Below are positions 1 to 9,663 of a stretch of 64,000 nucleotides of DNA, in pieces (positions within the stretch are counted from its first letter, which is position 1; each line of letters starts with the position of its first letter). Where the stretch lies: the NCBI GenBank assembly GCA_038045825.1, contig JBBSXJ010000004.1, forward strand, positions 182,185 through 246,184. The letters run 5' to 3'. Under the pieces are notes generated by a model, which searched no databases, was not told the DNA's origin, and worked only from the letters and a program-made list of their open reading frames with translations. Source of the stretch: Nanobdellota archaeon (GTDB lineage: Archaea > Nanobdellota > Nanobdellia > Pacearchaeales > GW2011-AR1). The position numbers were made by a program, and so were the translations under genes.

Positions 1-1
1 T

Positions 2-286
2 TCACAAGTTTCAAACTTTGCAAATAAGATAATATCGAGTGCTGAATCTGTATTTTACGCAGGGGAACCTTCTAAATTAACTTTAACAGGGTACCTCCCT
101 ATTGGAATAACTAGTCTTGAAATATTACCTACAGAGATAGTTGTAAGTATTACAACAAGCTCTGGACTTACAACAATGTCTTTCACCAGCAATGTTCCAT
201 TATCTGGAAACATATCTCATGTTGACGGGGTAAAGAGAATAGAGGTTTTAGCCCAACAAAATGAGGTATTGATAAGTGAATATTAA
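2..286 (+). CDS. 5'-truncated protein, probably class III signal peptide/pilin-like family
   Basis: Open frame from the window edge (SQVSNFANKIISSAESVFYAGEPSK...NEVLISEY*). It overlaps the next pilin-like gene and is not in the ORF track. Confidence 0.55.
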   Translation, partial: SQVSNFANKIISSAESVFYAGEPSKLTLTGYLPIGITSLEILPTEIVVSITTSSGLTTMSFTSNVPLSGNISHVDGVKRIEVLAQQNEVLISEY

Positions 287-668
287 AGGTCAATCAGCTA
301 TAGAATTTTTAATTCTAATTATGGCAATTCTTTTCTTATTTGTTGGATTACTCTATTTTGTTTATAGTAAAATATCTGATACTCAAAACGAGGCTGTTTC
401 TGTTGCAGTCAATGAAATTGCTTTAACTGTCCAAGATGAAATAAATTTAGCTCACGGTTCTGCTGATGGGTATTCAAGACAGTTCTTTTTACCTTTCAAT
501 ATTAATGGTCTTGAATATGAAGTAAATATAATTGAAGATTCAATTTATGTGAGAACTGTTAATGGCAGACATGCTGTTGCACTTCCTATTTCAGAAGTTA
601 CAGGGGATGTTTTAATTGGAAATAATCTGATTTACAAGATAAATGGGTCTGTTAGATTGAATATTTAA
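276..668 (+). CDS. class III signal peptide (type IV pilin-like) protein
   Basis: N-terminus KG|QSAIEFL followed by a hydrophobic helix, matching the prepilin peptidase cleavage pattern. Confidence 0.75.
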   Translation: MNIKGQSAIEFLILIMAILFLFVGLLYFVYSKISDTQNEAVSVAVNEIALTVQDEINLAHGSADGYSRQFFLPFNINGLEYEVNIIEDSIYVRTVNGRHAVALPISEVTGDVLIGNNLIYKINGSVRLNI

Positions 669-845
669 TGATGTCGATAGTCTCTCACACAAACCACGCC
701 CTTTAGGGTGTGTTCAAGACTTCGATCACTGCAACAGTATCGTCTGTTGCAGGTACTACAACTTCTTTGAAGTTGAAGTCATCCAAAAATCGAGCACCAA
801 TCAAACCACACACTTTAGTATGTGGTGGTGTATCGATTTTTTGAT
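669..845. repeat. dispersed structured non-coding element, copy 1 (candidate ncRNA or IS200/IS605-derived miniature element)
   Basis: 669-694 is identical to 52204-52229 and 714-803 is identical to 52245-52334; both copies end in atcgattttttgat and contain several hairpins. Confidence 0.9.
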
Positions 846-926
846 ATTTCTTGATGTGCTTTATATACTTTTTCGTTCGTTTAATTAGAAAGATATAAAT
901 ACTACTTATTCTGTATTGGCTGTAAC

Positions 927-1430
927 ATGGTTTCAAGAAAGTCCCTAGCTGCTTTTGGTTTGGCTGGGTTGTTATCCGGCTCTACTGCTGGTTATGCTGA
1001 TTCTTTGGCTTGTGATCAACCTTCTTATCAAACTCAGGAGTCTGATTTGTTTAAGGGGAGTAAGGTGATGCTTCTTTATCCTACTCTTGATGGACCTAGA
1101 CTTCCTTCAGATACTAGGTTGTATGAATGGCCGAGACCCGTTGATTCTGTTAATCTTGACTTTATTTCTGGAGTTCAAAAAGAATTGTATGGTCGTGAAG
1201 CTTTTGTTCTGCCTGGCGGAGCCTTTGTCGGATCTGGATCTATAGATTCTGCTCTTTCTCAGACTGCTAAACTTACTCTTGGGTCCCCTAAAACAGGGAT
1301 TGTTCCAGATTATATTGTTATAGTTGGGGGAGATAGAGAATCTAGTTCTTACTCTAGTATGGATAATAATGTTTATTTTGCATCACGTGATGGTCATAGG
1401 TATAATTTTGAAAGAGCTGAGGTCAAATAA
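927..1430 (+). CDS. hypothetical secreted protein
   Basis: ORF with N-terminal signal peptide. Confidence 0.65.
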   Translation: MVSRKSLAAFGLAGLLSGSTAGYADSLACDQPSYQTQESDLFKGSKVMLLYPTLDGPRLPSDTRLYEWPRPVDSVNLDFISGVQKELYGREAFVLPGGAFVGSGSIDSALSQTAKLTLGSPKTGIVPDYIVIVGGDRESSSYSSMDNNVYFASRDGHRYNFERAEVK

Positions 1431-1432
1431 CT

Positions 1433-1762
1433 ATGGAGACCTTTAAGTTTTTGCTTTTTGGTTTCTTTTCTGTTTTTCTTGTTGCTTCTTTAGTTGTTGC
1501 TCAGCCTGCTAGTGAGATTGTGAGGGATGAGACTTTTGTGCCTGTTTCTTCAGCATTTGTTGGTTGTCGTGATAATGGCTGTTTTGTTGCTAGTATGACT
1601 AGTATGCTTGCTTCTCTTAATGATACTCAGATTGGAACGAATACGACAGCTATTCTTAGTGAGTTGAATGTTACATTAGTTAGGTATAATGGAGGTAATT
1701 ATCCTTTTCCGACTTATGTCGTTGTTGAAGCAGCAGTAAATTTTTTAATTAATTTAATTTAA
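1433..1762 (+). CDS. secreted protein resembling the N-terminal (Cys) half of a C39/papain-like peptidase
   Basis: Signal peptide; NGCFVASMTSML resembles the GCxxASxxMxL nucleophile helix. Confidence 0.55.
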   Translation: METFKFLLFGFFSVFLVASLVVAQPASEIVRDETFVPVSSAFVGCRDNGCFVASMTSMLASLNDTQIGTNTTAILSELNVTLVRYNGGNYPFPTYVVVEAAVNFLINLI

Positions 1763-1763
1763 A

Positions 1764-2363
1764 ATGGAAATGAAATATATTCTCTTGTTTACTTTGCTTT
1801 TTTTAGTTGTATTTTCAAGTGAGGCTTCTGCTCAGGTTAAACCTAAGATTATAATTGAGCATATAACTTCTTGGGCTCAAGCTGCTTCTACACCTAAATC
1901 TGGTTCTGGATTTGAAATAGTTAGTACTGTTAGAGTTCCTGTTGTTGAAGATGTTTTAGATGCTATGAAGAAGAAAAAGAAGGTCACTCTTATTGTAGAC
2001 ATGGGCCCTAGGATATCTCATGCTGTTAGGGTTGTTGCTGTAAATTTGACTTCTTATAACGGAACTAATCAAGATAATCAGACTATTCTTTATTGGAATG
2101 CTGAAATTTTTGATCCTACAACTAATGCAATTTATAACTTAACTCTTGCTCATATTCTTGAGAGCAATGCCTCATTTTTACAGTGGGGTGCTCAGTGGTT
2201 ACCATTTTTAGAAGTTGTTACATTGTACAAAGTACCTACTATTCCTCCTTCTCCTGCTAGAACTAAATCAATATGGCTTGTTTCTATTCCTCTTTTAATT
2301 GAGAATTATAAAAAGCCTCTTGCTCGATTTGATTTTTTAAGCCATAGAAGCCTTTTTAAATAG
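1764..2363 (+). CDS. secreted protein resembling the C-terminal (His/Asp) half of a C39/papain-like peptidase
   Basis: Has its own signal peptide (ASA|Q); VTLIV...SHAVRVVAV...EIFDP pattern. Confidence 0.55.
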   Translation: MEMKYILLFTLLFLVVFSSEASAQVKPKIIIEHITSWAQAASTPKSGSGFEIVSTVRVPVVEDVLDAMKKKKKVTLIVDMGPRISHAVRVVAVNLTSYNGTNQDNQTILYWNAEIFDPTTNAIYNLTLAHILESNASFLQWGAQWLPFLEVVTLYKVPTIPPSPARTKSIWLVSIPLLIENYKKPLARFDFLSHRSLFK

Positions 2364-2381
2364 TGATTTGCAAAATCTGGA

Positions 2382-2966
2382 ATGGCACAAAGTATGTATC
2401 ATTATATGCGCGAAGCTTGGAAAAAACCTGACACAGCTACTATGCGTGACAGAATGATTGGATGGAGAGCTTCCGAAGCTATTACTGTTGTTGATAAACC
2501 TCTTAGGCTTGATAGAGCAAGATCTTTAGGTTATAAAGCAAAGAAAGGATTTATTGTTGCTAGAATTAGAGTTATGCGCGGTGGTAGAAAAAGAGTAAGA
2601 GTTGGTGTAAAGGGTAGAAAGACCAGAAAGCAGACTAACAGAAAGACTTTGAAAATGTCATACAGATGGGTAGCTGAAATGAGAGCTTCTAAATTTTTTA
2701 ACAATCTTGAGGTATTGAATTCTTACTGGATTGGAAAAGATGGAAAACATTACTTTTTCGAAGTAATTTTGGTTGATCCTAATATGCCTGAAATTAAGAA
2801 TGATAAGACTATGAACTGGATTTATTCTGGACATCATCGTGGTAGAGTTGAAAGAGGATTAACTTCAGCTGCTAAACAATCTAGAGGACTTACAACAAGA
2901 AGAGGACATTCTCCAACACTTAAAGTAAGACCTTCTTTGAGAGCTTGGAATAGACGCGGAAAGTAA
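2382..2966 (+). CDS. rpl15e: 50S ribosomal protein eL15
   Basis: RLDRARSLGYKAKKG and LEVLNSYWIGKDG...FFEVILVDP motifs. Confidence 0.97.
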   Translation: MAQSMYHYMREAWKKPDTATMRDRMIGWRASEAITVVDKPLRLDRARSLGYKAKKGFIVARIRVMRGGRKRVRVGVKGRKTRKQTNRKTLKMSYRWVAEMRASKFFNNLEVLNSYWIGKDGKHYFFEVILVDPNMPEIKNDKTMNWIYSGHHRGRVERGLTSAAKQSRGLTTRRGHSPTLKVRPSLRAWNRRGK

Positions 2967-2968
2967 TT

Positions 2969-3205
2969 ATGCCTAAAGTTAATTTTGTAGGAAAAGAAGG
3001 ATCTTTTTTTGTTTTAAATAGAGTTGATGGGAGAATTCAAGCTAAAGATCTTCCTAATCTAGTTCAAGCAATTGAACTTTCTATAACTTTAGGGTTAACT
3101 GATAGATCTCAAGTTTATGTTGATAAGCCTAGTCTTAGGCCAAGCCCCGATGCATTAACTACATTAGAATATATGTACTTTTGTAAACTTTTTTATGATA
3201 AATAA
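2969..3205 (+). CDS. hypothetical protein
   Basis: Short ORF tightly packed behind rpl15e. Confidence 0.5.
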   Translation: MPKVNFVGKEGSFFVLNRVDGRIQAKDLPNLVQAIELSITLGLTDRSQVYVDKPSLRPSPDALTTLEYMYFCKLFYDK

Positions 3206-3207
3206 TT

Positions 3208-4992
3208 CTATTCTCCTAGATATCCACCCTTTTGCAGACTCCATAGTTCTCTGTAGATTCCAGGTTTGCTAATTAATTGCTTATGAGTTCCTTGTTGTGC
3301 TATTTTTCCATTGTCTAAAACTACTATTAAATCTGCAGACATTATTGTTGATAGTCTATGTGCTATTATTATTGAGGTTCTTCCTTTCATAAGATTCTGC
3401 AAGTCTTTTTGGATTTCATGTTCTGTTTTTGAGTCTAGGGATGAAGTTGCTTCATCCAATACAAGAACTTTTTTGTCTGCTAGAATTGCTCTGGCTATTG
3501 AAACTCTTTGCTTCTCTCCACCTGACAATTTTACTCCTCTTTCTCCAACTATAGTATTCTCTTTTTGAGGGAAGTTTGATATTGCTTTATCTAGCTGTGC
3601 AAACTTTATTGCTTGTAATACTTGGGCTCTAGATGCTTTTGGATTTGAGAACAATATATTATTGTAAATTGTATCATCAAACAAAACACATTCTTGAGGA
3701 ACAATACTTAGCTCACTTCTTAGAGATTCTTGCCTAACATCTTTGATATTAGTATTATCTATTTTTATTGTTCCTTTATCAAGATCGTATAATCTGTAAA
3801 GAAGTTTTACAAGCGTGGATTTACCTGAGCCTGAATGTCCCACTAATGCTACTTTCTGGTTTTTATTGACTTTTAGATTAAAGTTTTTGAATAAATCTTG
3901 TGAATGATATTTGAAGTTAACATTATCAAATTCAATTACTCCTTCCTTTACTTCTAGGTTTTCTGCGTTTGGTTTGTCTTTTATATCATTCTCAATTTTA
4001 CCATATTGGAATAAATCGTGGAAGTCTGCTACTGATTTATTGTAACCTTTTAATCCATCCATAAATGCTTGAACAGCCATTATTAATGCCCAGTAAGATC
4101 CCCAAGCAAAAGTTACAGTACCTAAAGTTATCTCCTCATTCATGAAGGATTTTAGAGAAATAAGCAGCACTAGTAATGCTCCAGAGTTCATTATAAGGCT
4201 TTCAACAGATCCTGCCCATCTGCCTAACTGCCATTCTTTAAACCATGCATTTTCTGTTTTTTCTACTGCAGAAGAATATCTATTTTTTACATTAACTTCT
4301 TTACCATAATATTTTATAGATTCAATATTTGTAATTGAGTCTGCTGTAAATGCTTTTTCTATATCTTCTAGGTTGTTTGCATTAACTCTGAATGCTCTTT
4401 GTTTTTTCTGAAGTTTATAACTATATAATGCAAAGATTGTTCCTGCGACAGCCATAACTATTATTATATTTTTACTTATGAATATAAGAGCTATAGTTGA
4501 AATTATTAATTCTGCTATTATTGTCATTGTTTGATAAGCTACAAAATCAGTCATTCTTTCCATAGCACTTGATCCTCTCAGAATACGAGAAATTAATGAA
4601 CCTGATTTATGGGTTGTATGGAATTTATGAGATAAACTTATAATGTGATTGTAATAATACTTCTTCACATCAAGAATTAGTTTAAGTTCTAAATTATTTA
4701 GAAAATGCACTCTTAACCATCTACTTACTGATGCTAGCAGTATTGTTCCAGCCCACACAAATGCTATTATTGTTACAATTCCCGCAAATGTCTCTAAATC
4801 TATTGTATTTTTAATAAATAATTCTCCATTGTCAACTACTTTTTTGAATAGGTAACGACCAATAAAATCTGCAAAACGCAAAAGGAATGCAAAAATTATC
4901 ACGCTGAAAATTAGTAGTTTATATCTTCTTAAGAAACTCCAATAAGTCTTTAGAATATACTTGACATCTAACTCTCTCTTACTATTTTTCAT
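3208..4992 (-). CDS. ABC exporter, fused TMD-NBD (MsbA/Atm1-like)
   Basis: TM domain, Walker A GHSGSGKS, signature LSGGEKQR, Walker B LVLDEATS, AHRLST. Confidence 0.95.
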   Translation of the reverse strand: MKNSKRELDVKYILKTYWSFLRRYKLLIFSVIIFAFLLRFADFIGRYLFKKVVDNGELFIKNTIDLETFAGIVTIIAFVWAGTILLASVSRWLRVHFLNNLELKLILDVKKYYYNHIISLSHKFHTTHKSGSLISRILRGSSAMERMTDFVAYQTMTIIAELIISTIALIFISKNIIIVMAVAGTIFALYSYKLQKKQRAFRVNANNLEDIEKAFTADSITNIESIKYYGKEVNVKNRYSSAVEKTENAWFKEWQLGRWAGSVESLIMNSGALLVLLISLKSFMNEEITLGTVTFAWGSYWALIMAVQAFMDGLKGYNKSVADFHDLFQYGKIENDIKDKPNAENLEVKEGVIEFDNVNFKYHSQDLFKNFNLKVNKNQKVALVGHSGSGKSTLVKLLYRLYDLDKGTIKIDNTNIKDVRQESLRSELSIVPQECVLFDDTIYNNILFSNPKASRAQVLQAIKFAQLDKAISNFPQKENTIVGERGVKLSGGEKQRVSIARAILADKKVLVLDEATSSLDSKTEHEIQKDLQNLMKGRTSIIIAHRLSTIMSADLIVVLDNGKIAQQGTHKQLISKPGIYRELWSLQKGGYLGE

Positions 4993-5080
4993 TCTAGATA
5001 CATGAAATGATGTTTTTTAAGATTTTCTACGACGATTGTTTTTAGTGAATGTTTATTACCTGTTTTTCCCATTCTTATGT

Positions 5081-5959
5081 ATGAATTGGGCATTATTTTT
5101 TGCATTCCTATCTGGGGCTATTTTGGGTCTAATGAATGTTTTTGACACTTATATTGTGAAACTAAAAGTTAAAAATGTAATAGGTTTTGCTATGGTAAGT
5201 GCATTTACTAATATCTTATTTGGGATCATTTTAGCTCTTTTTCTAGACTGGAGTAATTACTCTCTTTCTAATTACTTGTTTCCTATTATTGCGGGACTTG
5301 TTATGGGCATTCAATTGTTTTTCTACTATTTTATGTTATCAAAACATGATGCATCTCATGCAATAGGTTTATTTTATATCTACCCTATAATTGTTGCAAT
5401 ATTATCTTTCTTATTTCTTAATGAACAACTTTCTTTTTATGGATATATCGGTATGGCTTTTACTTTGATAGGAGTCTTATTATTAAGTGGAAGAATGAAA
5501 AAAATGAAAGTTAATTTTGCTTTTTGGTCTTTGGCAATTGTTATTATTGGAGCATCTTTGCATGAATTTTTTGCTAAAGTTGCAGTTAATCAAATAAATC
5601 CCTGGCATGGAGCTACCATAAACAGCATTGTTATGGGGTGGTTTGCTATAGTTTTACTTTTCAAAGAGAAATATAGAAATGGCTTTAAATCTGAATTTAA
5701 AAATGTAAAACTGACTTTTATTAGTGAACTGCTTACTTTGGCTGGCATATTATCAATTTATCTGGCAATGGTTGGCCTGCCTGCTACTATAGTTTCTGTG
5801 GTTAGTGTTGTACAGCCACTATTTGTTTTGTTTTTTGAATGGGTAGCTTTCTCTTTTGGAATTAAAATTGTTAAAGATATTAACTGGAAGAATAAACTAT
5901 TTGCAATAGTGATGATTATCATAGGTTTGATATTACTATACTTTAATGATATAATCTAA
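5081..5959 (+). CDS. EamA/DMT family transporter
   Basis: About 10 TM helices in two repeats; YPIIVAILSFLFLNE motif. Start moved to the ATG at 5081. Confidence 0.85.
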   Translation: MNWALFFAFLSGAILGLMNVFDTYIVKLKVKNVIGFAMVSAFTNILFGIILALFLDWSNYSLSNYLFPIIAGLVMGIQLFFYYFMLSKHDASHAIGLFYIYPIIVAILSFLFLNEQLSFYGYIGMAFTLIGVLLLSGRMKKMKVNFAFWSLAIVIIGASLHEFFAKVAVNQINPWHGATINSIVMGWFAIVLLFKEKYRNGFKSEFKNVKLTFISELLTLAGILSIYLAMVGLPATIVSVVSVVQPLFVLFFEWVAFSFGIKIVKDINWKNKLFAIVMIIIGLILLYFNDII

Positions 5960-5962
5960 ACT

Positions 5963-6361
5963 TTATGGAGAGATTCTTTTCAATTCCTTTACTTTGTCAA
6001 AGTCTGGATCGTCTGAAATTATCTCTTTTATTCCATTGTTTATTGCTGTTGCAGCGTGAATTGCATCTCTTGGCTTTAAACTATAATTTTCCATTAATTC
6101 TTGAGCTTTAAAAATAATAGTCTCTTCAGTTTTTAACCAAACTAGATTCTGTGTTTCTATTAAGTTTTTACCCTGCAGAATTGAATTTTCTTTACCTATT
6201 TTTTTTCTTATTCCGTAAACTACTTCATCCCAAGTTAAACATGAAGTTGAAGCATCTTTTTTTTCATTAATATGGTTTTTTATGATTTCTCTGCATTTAT
6301 TACCAATTTCTGTTTCGTCAATGATAGCATAAATAAATATATTTGTATCAAGGTATATCAT
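5963..6361 (-). CDS. vapC: VapC PIN-domain toxin
   Basis: IYLDTNIFIY, PRDAIHAATA and SDDPDFD motifs. Confidence 0.92.
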   Translation of the reverse strand: MIYLDTNIFIYAIIDETEIGNKCREIIKNHINEKKDASTSCLTWDEVVYGIRKKIGKENSILQGKNLIETQNLVWLKTEETIIFKAQELMENYSLKPRDAIHAATAINNGIKEIISDDPDFDKVKELKRISP

Positions 6362-6593
6362 AACTTTCCTCTTCAATTTTTCTTATTTCTCCTAATGTAA
6401 TTTTATTACCTTTTTTTCTGGACAGAGTAAGCAATCTTTCAAGAGCTTCGTTTGAGTTATCCTTTTTAATCAATACAGCATTGTTTTTTACTTCAATAAC
6501 AACATTTTCCTTATTTTTCCATTTAAGATAATTCCTCATATCTTTAGGAATTACTAATTGCCCTTTTTCAGTCAACGATCTTTTAGTTATCAT
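6348..6593 (-). CDS. AbrB/MazE-type antitoxin
   Basis: LTEKGQLVIPKDMR motif; overlaps the vapC start. Confidence 0.9.
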   Translation of the reverse strand: MITKRSLTEKGQLVIPKDMRNYLKWKNKENVVIEVKNNAVLIKKDNSNEALERLLTLSRKKGNKITLGEIRKIEEESYDIP

Positions 6594-6626
6594 GTTTTAT
6601 TTAGTAGGAGTTGGTATTTAAACTTT

Positions 6627-6646
6627 TTCCTACCTTAAGGTAGGAA
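6627..6646. promoter_or_regulatory. perfect 20-bp palindrome, probable antitoxin operator (or topA terminator)
   Basis: ttcctacctt|aaggtaggaa lies directly upstream of the TATA box of the abrB-vapC operon. Confidence 0.55.
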
Positions 6647-6647
6647 T

Positions 6648-8867
6648 TTATTGGTTTGCTGGATTTTCTTTCTTTTTGTAATTTGGATCTGGTTTCCAAT
6701 CTGGATTAAACTCGAATTCCCATGGACGCTTGCCCTTTCTTAAAGATACTAGAATTGGAAGACTATTCTCTGACTTTTTATCTGTTTTTTTAATGAATCC
6801 AGGAGGAAGTGGATATGCTGCATTACAGTTAGGATAGTTGCTACAGCCCACAAATGATTTCATGCTCTTCTTTGAGAAACGGATTTGAAGATTTCCGACA
6901 TTACATTTTGGACATGGCATGATTGTGCTTTGCTCTTTTTGTTGTTCTCTTAAGTCTTTTATGCCTGAAAGAATTTGATCTCCTATTGATCTTTCGTGAG
7001 CTTTGAACTCTTTTGATATATCTACAATTAATCTCTCAACTTGTTGTATTGTTTTGTTTTCTAACTCTATCCATCCTTGCTTTGCATCTAGTATTTCTTC
7101 CGTTTTTTCCTCTACATCTCTTGTTAGATTTTCATCTATGATTATTGGAGAGTATTTTTCAAGAGCTTCAATTAGTCTTGCTCCTAAAGGAGTTGCTTCA
7201 ATGCTTTTTCCATCTAAATATCCTCTGTCGAAAAGAGTATCTACAATTGCAGATCTTGTTGCTTTTGTTCCTAAATTCTTTTTTTCTAATAATGTTATTA
7301 AAGAAGCAGGAGTATATCTCTTTGGAGGCTGAGTTTCTTTTTCTTCAAAAGATATTTTGTCTACATTAACTTGGCCATTAATAGTAGGGATTTGCTCTTC
7401 TTCTAGTGATGCTGGGTATACTTTTGTCCAACCTGCTTCTTGTATTGTTAATCCATTTTTAGTGAACTTCTTTTGATTATCTGAAATTAACTGGATTCTT
7501 TTTGAAATTACTTTTGCATCTGGTGCAAAACATGCTAAAAATCTTTTTACTATTAAATCATATAATTTTTCTTCTTCTTCATTTAGTTTCTTAAATTCTC
7601 CTGTTGGGTATATAGAAGGGTGTGCTGGATCTGACTTTTCACCTTCTATTGGATTATCTCTTATTGCTAATTTTGTTTCAGGATAGTGCTTTGATAGTTT
7701 TGATATTATCTTTTTTGGTTCTATTTCTTTAGGTATCTTCTGAGAAGAAGTTCTAGGATAAGATATTATTCCATCTAGATAGAGAGACTGAGCTAACTGC
7801 AGTGTTCTTGATGGAGATATTCTGTGGTGAGCATATGCTTCTCTTTGCAATGTTGTTAAATCAAAGGGATGAGGTGGTAAATAATTCTCTTCTTTTTCTG
7901 TTGTTTCAGCATTTCCTGATTTGATATTCTTGAATTCTTCCAGTTCTTCTTTCTTAAATATATCCTTTACATGTTTCAACTCAGTATCATTTACTTTTGC
8001 AAATACTTGCCAATATGGTTGTGATTTGAAACTTTGTATTTCTTTATCTCTATCTACTATTATTTTTAATGCAGGACCTTGAACTCGACCTATTGATAGG
8101 ATTTTGAAAGAACCTGCCATTTTTATTGCAGACATTAATGCTCTTGATAAATTGATACCATAAAGCCAGTCTATCTTGTGTCTTGTTTCTCCAGCATAAG
8201 CCTGGCCCCAATCTAGAGTTTTCATTGGGTTTTCGTACGATTTTTCTAACTCTGGTTTTGTTAATGTGGAATATTTCATTCTTTTTGCGTCTTTTTCTCC
8301 TAGGATAAAACGTAATACATTCCATCCAATTAACTCTCCTTCTACATCATAGTCTGTTGCAATTATTACTTCTTTTGCTCTTCTTCCTAATTTCTTTAGA
8401 AGCATGTAGTATGCTTTCGTGAATCCTGCTGATTTGCTTTCATATGAGGGTATCCAATCTAATTTGAATATTGGCCATCCTCTCTGGCCTTGGGCGTATG
8501 TTAAATTGAATAAATGTCCAACAGCAGAAGCTACTATTATTTTCTTACCATTTCTTTCTAATTCATAATAAGGAACATTATTCTCAGAATACTTTCTTGC
8601 ATTTCCAAGGGCTTGTGAGATCTTTAGAGCAGCTTGAGGTTTTTCTGTAACTATTAAAGTAATGTCTTTGTTTGGATTTTCTACTTTTGATGGAGCTTTT
8701 GGTTTTTGAGACTTTGCTCTTTTTGGTTTAGCAACTATTTCTGGTTGTTCTTCCATTTTACCAGGTCGTTCTATTGTTGTTAATTCCTTTGTTGAAGGCT
8801 TTTGTTTGACTTTCTTTTCTACAGTCATTTTAGCTTCACTTGGTGTAAGAAATGCTTCTACTGCCAT
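6648..8867 (-). CDS. topA: DNA topoisomerase IA
   Basis: TOPRIM EKP and ATDYDVEGE, SIGRVQGP, catalytic ISYPRT, C-terminal Zn ribbon. Confidence 0.96.
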   Translation of the reverse strand: MAVEAFLTPSEAKMTVEKKVKQKPSTKELTTIERPGKMEEQPEIVAKPKRAKSQKPKAPSKVENPNKDITLIVTEKPQAALKISQALGNARKYSENNVPYYELERNGKKIIVASAVGHLFNLTYAQGQRGWPIFKLDWIPSYESKSAGFTKAYYMLLKKLGRRAKEVIIATDYDVEGELIGWNVLRFILGEKDAKRMKYSTLTKPELEKSYENPMKTLDWGQAYAGETRHKIDWLYGINLSRALMSAIKMAGSFKILSIGRVQGPALKIIVDRDKEIQSFKSQPYWQVFAKVNDTELKHVKDIFKKEELEEFKNIKSGNAETTEKEENYLPPHPFDLTTLQREAYAHHRISPSRTLQLAQSLYLDGIISYPRTSSQKIPKEIEPKKIISKLSKHYPETKLAIRDNPIEGEKSDPAHPSIYPTGEFKKLNEEEEKLYDLIVKRFLACFAPDAKVISKRIQLISDNQKKFTKNGLTIQEAGWTKVYPASLEEEQIPTINGQVNVDKISFEEKETQPPKRYTPASLITLLEKKNLGTKATRSAIVDTLFDRGYLDGKSIEATPLGARLIEALEKYSPIIIDENLTRDVEEKTEEILDAKQGWIELENKTIQQVERLIVDISKEFKAHERSIGDQILSGIKDLREQQKEQSTIMPCPKCNVGNLQIRFSKKSMKSFVGCSNYPNCNAAYPLPPGFIKKTDKKSENSLPILVSLRKGKRPWEFEFNPDWKPDPNYKKKENPANQ

Positions 8868-8948
8868 ATAAAATTCATAAGTTAACTATATATAACTATT
8901 TGTGGGTTTTTGTATTGTTCAAGAAATTCTCTAGCCATTCTAAGACTG

Positions 8949-9182
8949 TTATCTATCTGATTTATTGATCATTTGCATTGCTAATTTTGTAAGTTCTTTA
9001 ATTGATTTATACTCTTTGGGTCTTATTTCTGGGAAGATTTCATAAAGACTGGAGTAAAACATATCTCTTAGCATAATCAATCTTATATCTTTATCCGTCC
9101 CATTATTAACTTGGGGCCTATTTATTTCATCATCTATTAAAATTCCATATCTTCTGACTTGTTCTGCTAAATTTTGAATCAT
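8949..9182 (-). CDS. hypothetical protein
   Basis: ORF with an upstream TATA-like element. Confidence 0.5.
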   Translation of the reverse strand: MIQNLAEQVRRYGILIDDEINRPQVNNGTDKDIRLIMLRDMFYSSLYEIFPEIRPKEYKSIKELTKLAMQMINKSDR

Positions 9183-9238
9183 TTAAATTTATTATCTTTT
9201 TTACTATATAAACCATTTCTTAGATAAACATAAATACT

Positions 9239-9628
9239 TTGAATGATTTGTTGTTTGTGTCAGCTATGTCTATGCCAGATAGCGATTTGGAATATAAATC
9301 TAAAGCTTGTATTGATGATGTTTTAAGGCGTTATGAAAATGGATGTTTTGTTCTTATAGAAAGCAAGGGTCGAGTTTATTCTGGAGTTAAGCAGGATGTA
9401 ACTGTTCTTGATGATGTTGTTTTAGGATGGATAGTTAGGGTTATTCCTCCGTTAGATCCAGATTTAGCAAAATATATTGAATGTAATGAAAATGTTAGAA
9501 GATATAAAGTAGAAGACTCATTAGAATTTAGATATTCTAACCATGCTTATGTTTCTTTACATGATGGTATGTTTAAGAAGCTAACAGATAGACAGTCTGC
9601 CCATTTACTGCGCCACCTTTCTTTTTGA
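9239..9628 (+). CDS. hypothetical protein
   Basis: ORF only; true start may be the ATG near 9266. Confidence 0.55.
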   Translation: MNDLLFVSAMSMPDSDLEYKSKACIDDVLRRYENGCFVLIESKGRVYSGVKQDVTVLDDVVLGWIVRVIPPLDPDLAKYIECNENVRRYKVEDSLEFRYSNHAYVSLHDGMFKKLTDRQSAHLLRHLSF

Positions 9629-9663
9629 ATAGGCTTTAAAACCCTGTTTTTCCTTTAATTTGT

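Noticed and set aside
670-688. Short matches (gatgtcg; atagtctc/gagactat) between the dispersed repeat and the tRNA-Glu intron
   Set aside because: Only 7-8 nt, compatible with chance
703-936. 77-aa minus-strand ORF
   Set aside because: It runs through the non-coding repeat, and the second copy does not preserve the ORF
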